A stretch of DNA of 12,957 nt from an uncultured Fibrobacterales bacterium (GTDB lineage: Bacteria > Fibrobacterota > Fibrobacteria > Fibrobacterales > CAWVXU01), in the NCBI GenBank assembly GCA_963934255.1, contig CAWVXU010000074.1, positions 1-12,957 on the forward strand, in the 5' to 3' direction. Of this stretch, positions 1-8,305 are shown in pieces. A program made the position numbers and the translations under genes. The notes beneath the pieces were generated by a model. It had not been told where the DNA came from. It ran no database searches and worked only from the letters and a program-made list of their open reading frames with translations. Numbering within the stretch: the stretch's first letter is position 1; every line of letters starts with the position of its first letter.

Positions 1-43
1 ATCTACAATTACTTGAACATCTTGAGCTTTTTCACCAAAATGA

Positions 44-745
44 TCAAATTGATAAATTTGAATAAAAAAGCCAAGGATGTCCTTTGAATAGTTTGGATAT
101 TTCTTTGGCTGAGTTTTTAATTATTTCCAAGTGTTTCGGTTGGGAGGTGATTTTAGTTTTTTTTGTAATATTTGAGTTGTACTTACTCTTTGCCATTGAA
201 TTCTCTAGGTCATTTAACTGATAGATTGAATCAAAATTTAAAGGAGATAGATACCACGATGAGGCATCCTGAGGTCGTAATTGATTATTCGTCTTGACTA
301 TTTTATATGTAGATATAGCTGCTTCTACACTTTTAGTATATGCTTTAGCCATTTGTTTGGTTAATAGTATTGGATTGAATTCTTCACTCAACTTAAACGT
401 TTGTATATGATCAAATTGAATCGCGCCAAAATGTTCTTTGAGTGGTGTTGTATTATCTAGTTGTCGCTGTCCTGCTCGACTTTCAACACTAAGGTATTGA
501 TCATTCCAATCTGATGAATCTGCGAGTAGACCGTAGTTGTAGTTAATTTTTTGTCCAAAATGAGTCTGATGGCGCCATTGTTGGAAGTATAAACTACTGG
601 GGTTTTCTGAGGATGGAGTGACATGAGTAAAGAGATTTTTTGAAATTGAATCAATCAGTACAATGTTGAGTTCTCTTGAACTAGTATTACTCCAGGTCGA
701 GGGGATTAATATCCCCAAGTAGAGAACGACTAATTGAAGAAACAT
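44..745 (-). CDS. Hypothetical protein, probably exported (233 aa)
   Basis: Long ORF with a hydrophobic N-terminus (MFLQLVVLYLGILIPSTWS). The start overlaps the upstream stop by 1 nt (TAATG at 747-743), suggesting translational coupling. No family recognised. Confidence 0.7.
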   Translation of the reverse strand: MFLQLVVLYLGILIPSTWSNTSSRELNIVLIDSISKNLFTHVTPSSENPSSLYFQQWRHQTHFGQKINYNYGLLADSSDWNDQYLSVESRAGQRQLDNTTPLKEHFGAIQFDHIQTFKLSEEFNPILLTKQMAKAYTKSVEAAISTYKIVKTNNQLRPQDASSWYLSPLNFDSIYQLNDLENSMAKSKYNSNITKKTKITSQPKHLEIIKNSAKEISKLFKGHPWLFYSNLSI

Positions 746-1338
746 TACTCTTTCCTACGAAGTACTCTATATGCGTCAATCATTAAGTTGTCTATAGATT
801 TTTTCAAAAGTTTTTCTTTTATTTTTAGATTCTCATGAGCCGGGCGCTTGTCTGAATTACAGTCAATTAATCCACACCATCCCAGTTCAATAATGCTGTC
901 AGCTTGAGTTCTCCCTTCAAATACGGAGGCACCTTGATCACTAATCTTAAGTACTGCCGAATAAGTTTGTCTTTCTTCAGCCATGACAAAAAAAACATTT
1001 CGATAAACCTCCTGAGTATAAGAACCTGTTTCAAATTCGAACTGCCATCGAACCTTCATGATAGAAGCTAACGAATCTCTAAGGAGTTGGTTTCCTATGG
1101 GCCAATTAAAATTATGAATTTCAGCAATGAGTTTGATGGAGTCAGTCTTCAAAAAAGAATAATGAGGATGCTCTAACATGGACTTTTTTAATTCCGAATG
1201 AATGCGTAATTTGAATTCAGGATCGCCTTCATTGGCAGTTGGCCAGAGTATCACCTTTTGAGAATATTCTTTAGGTTGAGTGAATCCAAAATTCAATGCA
1301 CACAGTACTAAGGCGAGAATAAAAAAAGTAGAATTCAT
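745..1338 (-). CDS. Hypothetical protein, probably exported (197 aa)
   Basis: Signal-peptide-like N-terminus (MNSTFFILALVLCALNFGFTQ). Starts 3 nt after the mutL stop. No family recognised. Confidence 0.75.
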   Translation of the reverse strand: MNSTFFILALVLCALNFGFTQPKEYSQKVILWPTANEGDPEFKLRIHSELKKSMLEHPHYSFLKTDSIKLIAEIHNFNWPIGNQLLRDSLASIMKVRWQFEFETGSYTQEVYRNVFFVMAEERQTYSAVLKISDQGASVFEGRTQADSIIELGWCGLIDCNSDKRPAHENLKIKEKLLKKSIDNLMIDAYRVLRRKE

Positions 1339-1341
1339 ATT

Positions 1342-3147
1342 TTAACCTTTGGTGAATTTATTGGCTAGCTCTTCTAGTGTTAGTCGGATAAAAATAGACT
1401 TACCTTGAGGAGTATAGTGAGGGTTTTCAGTTAAAAATAGCTGATTAACAAGTTGAGCCATTTCCTCATAGTTTAATCTCTGCCCTCGAGGTATCGCATT
1501 GGACCTACCCCAGGCGATGGCCAGATTGAGACGAATATCTTCATTTTTAGAATGTTCAATATCTGTAAGTATATTCTCAAGAGATTCAATGGCTCTGTTT
1601 GGTTTGAGGGTCGCTGGAATACCACGAATATGCCAGGTGTTTTTACCAAATTCTTGCAAATCGTATCCTAAGACTTCAAAGCGATCTCTATTCTCTTCGA
1701 TAATAAAATTTTGTTCGGGATTGACTTCAAGTAATTCAGGAAACAATAATTGCTGAACAGATAAAATTGAATGTTCTTCTAGATGAATATACGCCTGTTC
1801 GAAAAGCACGCGTGAATGAGCAAGATATTGATCTACAATCATCAGTCCATTGGATGTTTCAAACAATATGTACTGTTTATGCCACTGGAAAAAAAGAGCT
1901 TTCTCCATAAATGGTTCAGGTGTCGTTTGACTTTTGTCTGGTTTGGGGAACTTGACTAGGCTAGGGTTGTCAACACTCGCTTCTTGATTATCAAAAAGGT
2001 CTGTAGTTTCTACTATTTCTTTGGGCCCTTCTTGGACGAGCAGGTGATCCCAATCAAACTTGGCAAAGGATTTGGAGTCTGAAGTGGATGTTTCACCTGA
2101 TTCTGTTTTTGCCACTGATGTATCTGAATGGATGACAGTTAGCGGGGTCCGATGTTGTGTTTCAAGGTATTCACGAAGAGTTTCTCTAATTATTTTACTA
2201 ACTCGACTAAAGACACTTTTTTCGTTCGAAAATCTAACTTCCCGCTTAGTGGGATGAACATTTACATCATAATCAAGGCGGTTGAGCTCAATATTAAGTA
2301 CATAAACAGGGTATCGTCCTGGATGAAATGTCTGAAAACCCTGGTCTATTGCTCTTAGTATGGATCCATTCCAAATAGGCCTGTTCTCAATGTAGAGATA
2401 TTGTCCACTGCGTCTACCCTTGCTGATCTCTGCTGCACCGATGTATCCACTAATAGCAATCTCCGGTGACTGATAATCAATGGGAATCATATGACGCGCA
2501 ACTTTAGGACCTAAAATCTCGGATATACGTGCTTCGGGGCGTCCAACTCGAGTTCGAATTATCTCTTTGGTGTCATGATAAAGCTCAAAACCTACACTTG
2601 GGTGTATGAGGGCTAATCTTGTGATAATATCCGTCACTTTATTGGTTTCAGTTTGAATCCCTGCAAGAAATTTGGCATTGACTATCGAATTATAAAAAAG
2701 CTTGCGAACTTCAATTGTTGTTCCAACCTCACGCGCGATGGGTAGTTTTTCTTTTAATTCTTCATCTCTAATGACAATTGAGTATCCCGAATCCTGCTCT
2801 GGGGTCCTTGAATGTATATCGAGGAGTGAAACCGAAGCTATGGCTGATAGAGCTTCGCCTCGAAAACCATTTGTTTGAATTTCAAATAATTCATCTACTG
2901 ATTTGAGTTTTGACGTGGTGTGACGTTTAAAACATAAATCCAAATCATCTTCTCCGATGCCTTTGCCATTATCTGTAATCTTGATTAAATCTTTGCCGCC
3001 TTCAAGTAACCGGACTTGTATATGGGTGGCATCAGCATCTAGGGCATTTTCAACCAATTCTTTGACCACACTAGCAGGCCTTTCAATGACTTGACCTGCT
3101 GCAATCCTATTGATGCACTCTTCTGATAATTGCTGAATGTTGTTCAT
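1342..3147 (-). CDS. mutL: DNA mismatch repair protein MutL (601 aa)
   Basis: GHKL ATPase motifs IERPASVVKELVENALDA, DNGKGI, RHTTSK, GFRGEAL; transducer motif DVNVHPTKREVRF; C-terminal dimerisation domain with beta-clamp-type motif QQLLFP. Confidence 0.97.
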   Translation of the reverse strand: MNNIQQLSEECINRIAAGQVIERPASVVKELVENALDADATHIQVRLLEGGKDLIKITDNGKGIGEDDLDLCFKRHTTSKLKSVDELFEIQTNGFRGEALSAIASVSLLDIHSRTPEQDSGYSIVIRDEELKEKLPIAREVGTTIEVRKLFYNSIVNAKFLAGIQTETNKVTDIITRLALIHPSVGFELYHDTKEIIRTRVGRPEARISEILGPKVARHMIPIDYQSPEIAISGYIGAAEISKGRRSGQYLYIENRPIWNGSILRAIDQGFQTFHPGRYPVYVLNIELNRLDYDVNVHPTKREVRFSNEKSVFSRVSKIIRETLREYLETQHRTPLTVIHSDTSVAKTESGETSTSDSKSFAKFDWDHLLVQEGPKEIVETTDLFDNQEASVDNPSLVKFPKPDKSQTTPEPFMEKALFFQWHKQYILFETSNGLMIVDQYLAHSRVLFEQAYIHLEEHSILSVQQLLFPELLEVNPEQNFIIEENRDRFEVLGYDLQEFGKNTWHIRGIPATLKPNRAIESLENILTDIEHSKNEDIRLNLAIAWGRSNAIPRGQRLNYEEMAQLVNQLFLTENPHYTPQGKSIFIRLTLEELANKFTKG

Positions 3148-3194
3148 AAGATAAATATACTTATTTGAACACTCGGGGTTTGTATATTTAATCC
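3148..3194. promoter_or_regulatory. Divergent promoter region with two mirror-image TATATT -10-like boxes
   Basis: Perfect 9-bp inverted repeat TAAATATAC (3152-3160) / GTATATTTA (3182-3190). On each strand TATATT is followed by 6 nt and then ATG. Confidence 0.5.
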
Positions 3195-3220
3195 ATGGAT
3201 TTATCGTATTTTAACTTTAT

Positions 3221-4582
3221 ATGGAACGAAATATGAGCACAGACAATAAGTCGGCACAAATTTTTTTTAAATCAGATATACAAGATGATTTATCTGTATC
3301 TGTTAATGTGCTCAAGCATCTCTATATGTCGATGTTGGTGGAACTTCCAAAAGAGAAAATTATTGAATTTTGGAATCAACATCCGTTCGAGTTCAATGAA
3401 GGATTATTTAAAGGGAGGCAACTTTTAGAGTCACTTTGGGAAGCCAATGTTGCTATTCCTTTGAAGTATCAATTAAAAATTTTTAATGATCTAGAAATAT
3501 TCCTTGAAAAAGACAATGTCTCACTTAAAGGCTTTTTAGACAGTTTTTATAATAAAGTTTATAAAGGTCGATTTCATTCAGCGAGTTCCTGGTTAATTAT
3601 CCTTAAACCATATTTTCGTCGAATTTTTGAAGAGAAAGACTTAAGACATTGGCTTCTTGCTCACTTTAATGAGTTTAACGAAGAATTTTATGAACATTCT
3701 GCTCATGAAATGATTCATGATAGTTTATCCGGGCAAATGCGTAAATCGGTGATGCTTTATTCTGTAGACAATGTTTCAGAGCAACCATTAGATTATGAAA
3801 CATGGGTGCTTCCTTGGGTTGTTCAGTGTCCAAATATTCTTGGTATGAAATCTTATGAGCATGTGAGAATGCTTGCAGATGCTAGACGATTGGACCAAAT
3901 TACCAGCATTGATATATCTGAACATACGGCTACTTTTAATGGCGATGTTATAGGGACAGTGATCAAATTTAAAGATTGGGTAGATAAGAATCATTTTGAT
4001 CTTGATTATCTTGGACTAGTAGATTTAGAATGTGTTTTATGCGAAGTAGATATGTTGTTGCCTTCCGGTAAAAGTCTTCAACAAGGATGTATTTATGGTG
4101 CTCCGGTCTACTTAACTGAATTTAGATATCGAGAAAACCAAAAAGCTCCTGAAAATCCATTGGCTGATTTGATTGATGCTGTCGTGTCGGAAGAGGAGCA
4201 AATTCGCAGTAATATTTCTCAAATTCATAATTCATTACTCCAGGAATTACTGCCTCAGTTTAATATCAAATATTATGAGAAGGACGAATCACTTTCAATA
4301 AATGGTGTTCATTTTATTCGAAATGTTCCAGCTAAAATTTTCGCTAAAATTATCGATGGAAACCTTAACGAGAACCAAACAATTTTCGAACATAGAGAGT
4401 TTAAACGCGATTCGAGTATTTGTTATGATTCATCAAACCCTAATTTTGAAGGACGTCTAGCTCGCCTGATGAAAAAGTTGGAGGCTGAATACCCTAGTCT
4501 TGCTATTCAAAAAACTGATCGTGGATTATTTGAATTTAACCCGCCTGCTAATATTGAATATGAAATAATTAAAGAGAATTAA
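3221..4582 (+). CDS. Putative one-component transcriptional regulator: unknown N-terminal domain plus C-terminal winged-helix-like domain (453 aa; start could be 3233)
   Basis: The C-terminal ~100 aa (YYEKDESLSING..IRNVPAKIF..FEHREFKRD..NFEGRLARLMKKL..IQKTDRGLFEF) has an OmpR/PhoB-like winged-helix pattern, recalled from the C-termini of GAF-domain regulators. Function is inferred. Confidence 0.6.
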   Translation: MERNMSTDNKSAQIFFKSDIQDDLSVSVNVLKHLYMSMLVELPKEKIIEFWNQHPFEFNEGLFKGRQLLESLWEANVAIPLKYQLKIFNDLEIFLEKDNVSLKGFLDSFYNKVYKGRFHSASSWLIILKPYFRRIFEEKDLRHWLLAHFNEFNEEFYEHSAHEMIHDSLSGQMRKSVMLYSVDNVSEQPLDYETWVLPWVVQCPNILGMKSYEHVRMLADARRLDQITSIDISEHTATFNGDVIGTVIKFKDWVDKNHFDLDYLGLVDLECVLCEVDMLLPSGKSLQQGCIYGAPVYLTEFRYRENQKAPENPLADLIDAVVSEEEQIRSNISQIHNSLLQELLPQFNIKYYEKDESLSINGVHFIRNVPAKIFAKIIDGNLNENQTIFEHREFKRDSSICYDSSNPNFEGRLARLMKKLEAEYPSLAIQKTDRGLFEFNPPANIEYEIIKEN

Positions 4583-7500
4583 AAAGTTTTAGATATCCAA
4601 ACATTTTCAGGTCCCAATAAGTCTTTGAGTTCACCAAGAAGTTCACTCTCTGGGGTTACTAAGAATTGTGGGCCCATTTCATCTGGGTGTTTCATCTTTT
4701 TTCTTTTGTTAGCAAGAAGTGTGTGTTCGCTGCCTGACTCCCCGGATTCCAGTCCAGTTGTGATGTGAAATACGATATTAGCACCTGTATCATCACCCTC
4801 AAAAGCTTCAAAACAGTATTCTAATTCTTTAAGGTCTCTCTCAAAGAAGGTCTCAGCTGGAATTCGAACATGAATAAATTTAGTCCATTTTAACCTAGCA
4901 TCTTCAATTGCAATCATTTTTTCAGCAATGAGCTGCTTGACATCTGTGGGTTGTTTGGTGTCCATATCTTTTTTGAATTCTAAACGTCCCTCTATTAGAA
5001 CCATAGAACCTTGTTCAAATTTGCCTTGAATATCTTCATAAACTTCAGGCCAAAAACAAACTTCAATATTCCCAAAGAAATCTTCGAGTGCACCAAAAGC
5101 AAAAGCTTTATTGTTTTTATTCATACGAGAATTCATACGAGATAAATACCCACCTAAAATAACCTTACCAGTATCGTCGCCATTGTCTCGAATTTTCCCG
5201 TATTTAGGCTTCTCACTTATAGGGTAGGCAAGTATTTGACCCGGGGAAAGATTGCCTGTCGTGAAGCCTTTGAGTTCGACTTGAACTGTTTCTAGTGGAT
5301 GCCCTGTAACAAAAAGGCCCATAACTTCTTTCTCTTTATCAAGCACAGCTACTTCAGTCCAAGGCACAGCTCTCTTGAGTTCTGGTTCATCTGAAACGCC
5401 ACTTTCATCTGCTCCAAATGCTTCATCAAAAAGTCCAAACTGTCCTGATTCTACGTCTTTTTTGACTTGAACAGCATAAGTAAGTGCTAAGTCAATTGAA
5501 GCATATTGTTGTGCACGATTTCCAGCAACACAATCCAAAGCTCCGGCCATCACAAGGCTTTCTAAAGCTTTGCGGTTGAGCTGCCCACATGTTGCTAAAC
5601 GTTTGACTAGATTAAATAAAGATGTATACTCACCGTCTTTATTGCGTTCACTTACCAGAGCATCAATAAAAGATTGACCGACATTTTTAATGCCAGCAAG
5701 CCCATAATTGATTTTGCCATCTAGAACTGAGAATAAGGTTTTAGATTGATTAATACTCGGTGGATAAATTTCAATTCCAATGTTTTTACATTCATCAAGA
5801 AGAATCACCAGGCGTTCAGTTGAATCAATTTCCGAACTCATATTGGCGGCCATAAATTCTGGTCCATAATGAGCTTTTAAAAATGCAGTTTGGTATCCGA
5901 TGTAAGCGTATGCGGCCGAGTGAGATTTGTTAAATGCATAAGCACAAAATGGCCCCAAATCTTCCCAAATCTTGCGAGCAACATCTTCAGGGTATCCATT
6001 GTCTAATGCGCCACCAATAAATTTAGGTTCTTCAATTGCCATCGCTTCAGGTTTTTTCTTAGCCATGATACGACGCAGAATATCTGCTCCACCTAGTGAG
6101 AATCCAGACATTTGCTGGGCAATCAGCATTACTTGTTCTTGATAAACAATAATACCATAGGTATCACCGAGAATATTCTCAAGGCGTGTATGATAACAAT
6201 CTACCTCACTCGGGTCTTTTTTGCGTTTAATAAAATTGGGAATCTGTGCAATTGGGCCTGGACGATAGAGTGCATTCATTGCAATCATATCTTCTAAATT
6301 AGTGGGCTTGAGCTGACGGAGGTAATTCTGCATTCCACCAGATTCAAACTGGAAAACCCCTACAGTTAGACCACGTCCCAATAGTTCATATGTGGTTGTA
6401 TCATTGACATCAATCTCACTAGGGATAACTTCTATGCCACGCTGTTCTTTGATTAGAGCGACTGTATCTTTAATTACTGAGAGATTTCGGAGTCCCAAAA
6501 AGTCCATTTTAAGGAAGCCAACATCTTCAGCATAAGTTTTGTCATATTGAATAACTACGGCATCATCACCAGGAGCTTTATAAAGTGGTGCAAGTTCAAC
6601 AAGAGGTTTGGGGGCAATAATAACGGCAGCGGCGTGAATACCTGGCTGTCGAACAAGGCCTTCTAACTTTAGTGAATCTAGCCATACATCACGTAAAGGT
6701 GCACCCGATTTGACAAAAGCATCTTGAATTTCATCAAAGTCATCTGCATATTCCTCACCCTTAGTACCAGGTGGAAGAGCTTTACTTGCTGGGCGCTTAA
6801 GACCCTTAAGTAGAGCCGGAAGAAACTTAGTCAGAGCATTTATTTCATTATGATCTTTGTCCCGAACACGACCTACATCTTTAAGAACTGCTTTGGCTTT
6901 GAGGCGGCCATATGTGACAACTTGAGACACACAATCTGCACCATAGTGATCGGTCACATATTTGATAACTTTTTCACGGTCTTTATCTGAGAAATCAGTG
7001 TCAATATCCGGCATGGATACACGTTCAGGGTTGAGAAATCGCTCAAAAAGAAGGTCAAATTTCAGTGGATCAATATCTACAATGCCAGCAATGTAACAGA
7101 CTACGGATCCCACAGCTGATCCACGTCCAGGACCTACAGGGATGTCTTGATCTCGAGCCCAGTTAATGAAATCCTGTACAATCAACATATATCCAGAGAC
7201 CTTCATCTCTTTCATAATGCGAAGCTCTGTGTTGATTCGATCTTTAATTGCTTCTGTTACCTCAGCATAACGTTCATGAACTTTGGACCATGTGAAGTGA
7301 GCCAAATAATCATCTGAATTATTAAATCCTTCAGGGAATTCATATTTGGGCCAATAGGTGTCACCAATCTCAGGCTGCTCTCTCAGGTTAATCTGACAAC
7401 GCTCAGCAATTTTTCCAGTATTTGCCAAGGCCTCTTGGTCATTCGGAAAAAGAGATTCCATTTCTTCAGTGCTCTTAAGGTAGTATTGATTGGTAGGGAA

Positions 7501-8232
7501 GTCATTTGACATTGACCCATTTTCAACCATCTGGTCAAAATCTTTGAGTTTTATTTTCTTTTCTATACACCTAAGAATTTTATGTGAATCATGATCATCA
7601 GGAGTAACATAGTGATTTGAATTGGTGACAACAAGCTGGGCTTGTCTTTCATCGGCACTGATCCGAGTAGCTTTTAGAAGTGTTTTTTCTTCAGGAAGAC
7701 CATGATCTTGTAGCATGAGATAAAAATCATCATAGGAATAAATGTCTTGATAAGACTTAATCCAATGGTCTGCATTTTGCTTTTTGTCGTGAAGAATGTG
7801 CTTGGCGTAAAGAGAGTCTATCCCGCCATAGAGTACAATAAGTCCCTTGGAGTTGGCACGAAGTACATCCAAAGTAACGAGTGGTTTTTGATCAAAGCCT
7901 TCTAAATGACCATATGTGACAATCTTAGTTAAACTTTGATAGCCATCTTGATTGGAGGCAATTAGAACTAAACGATCATGATGATAGGGGTCGGATTGAC
8001 CTGAAGATTGTGCATCCACATAAATTTGACAACCTAAAAGAGGCTTAATAGCTCCTTTGAGCTTTTTAATGGCTGTAAAATAAAACTCAAGAACTCCAAA
8101 CATATTACCGTTGTCAGTGAGAGCAGCGGCTACTTGATTATTTTCTATAGCCTTGGAGAGAATGTCATTTGTGCGGCAAGTTGCTTGAAGCATTGAATAT
8201 TCAGAGTGATTCAATAAATGAACAAAAGACAT
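4579..8232 (-). CDS. dnaE: DNA polymerase III alpha subunit (1217 aa)
   Basis: N-terminal PHP fold; GPGRGSAVGS, FERFLNPERVSMPDIDTDF, KMDFLGL, GVFQFES, YAFNKSHSAAY; clamp motif QFGLF; OB fold; SD-like GGGAG upstream. No intein seen. Confidence 0.98.
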   Translation of the reverse strand: MSFVHLLNHSEYSMLQATCRTNDILSKAIENNQVAAALTDNGNMFGVLEFYFTAIKKLKGAIKPLLGCQIYVDAQSSGQSDPYHHDRLVLIASNQDGYQSLTKIVTYGHLEGFDQKPLVTLDVLRANSKGLIVLYGGIDSLYAKHILHDKKQNADHWIKSYQDIYSYDDFYLMLQDHGLPEEKTLLKATRISADERQAQLVVTNSNHYVTPDDHDSHKILRCIEKKIKLKDFDQMVENGSMSNDFPTNQYYLKSTEEMESLFPNDQEALANTGKIAERCQINLREQPEIGDTYWPKYEFPEGFNNSDDYLAHFTWSKVHERYAEVTEAIKDRINTELRIMKEMKVSGYMLIVQDFINWARDQDIPVGPGRGSAVGSVVCYIAGIVDIDPLKFDLLFERFLNPERVSMPDIDTDFSDKDREKVIKYVTDHYGADCVSQVVTYGRLKAKAVLKDVGRVRDKDHNEINALTKFLPALLKGLKRPASKALPPGTKGEEYADDFDEIQDAFVKSGAPLRDVWLDSLKLEGLVRQPGIHAAAVIIAPKPLVELAPLYKAPGDDAVVIQYDKTYAEDVGFLKMDFLGLRNLSVIKDTVALIKEQRGIEVIPSEIDVNDTTTYELLGRGLTVGVFQFESGGMQNYLRQLKPTNLEDMIAMNALYRPGPIAQIPNFIKRKKDPSEVDCYHTRLENILGDTYGIIVYQEQVMLIAQQMSGFSLGGADILRRIMAKKKPEAMAIEEPKFIGGALDNGYPEDVARKIWEDLGPFCAYAFNKSHSAAYAYIGYQTAFLKAHYGPEFMAANMSSEIDSTERLVILLDECKNIGIEIYPPSINQSKTLFSVLDGKINYGLAGIKNVGQSFIDALVSERNKDGEYTSLFNLVKRLATCGQLNRKALESLVMAGALDCVAGNRAQQYASIDLALTYAVQVKKDVESGQFGLFDEAFGADESGVSDEPELKRAVPWTEVAVLDKEKEVMGLFVTGHPLETVQVELKGFTTGNLSPGQILAYPISEKPKYGKIRDNGDDTGKVILGGYLSRMNSRMNKNNKAFAFGALEDFFGNIEVCFWPEVYEDIQGKFEQGSMVLIEGRLEFKKDMDTKQPTDVKQLIAEKMIAIEDARLKWTKFIHVRIPAETFFERDLKELEYCFEAFEGDDTGANIVFHITTGLESGESGSEHTLLANKRKKMKHPDEMGPQFLVTPESELLGELKDLLGPENVWISKTF

Positions 8233-8305
8233 AATTTCTCCCTATCAAAAAGTTGATTCTTAGAATATAGTATCACAACAGTGACAATACTTGTCAGTTT
8301 AAGTT

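Noticed and set aside
1..120. Open frames at the left edge (plus strand 1-87; alternative minus frame 120-1), suggesting a convergent gene end or a frameshift in the 233-aa ORF
   Set aside because: Too short to judge without flanking sequence.
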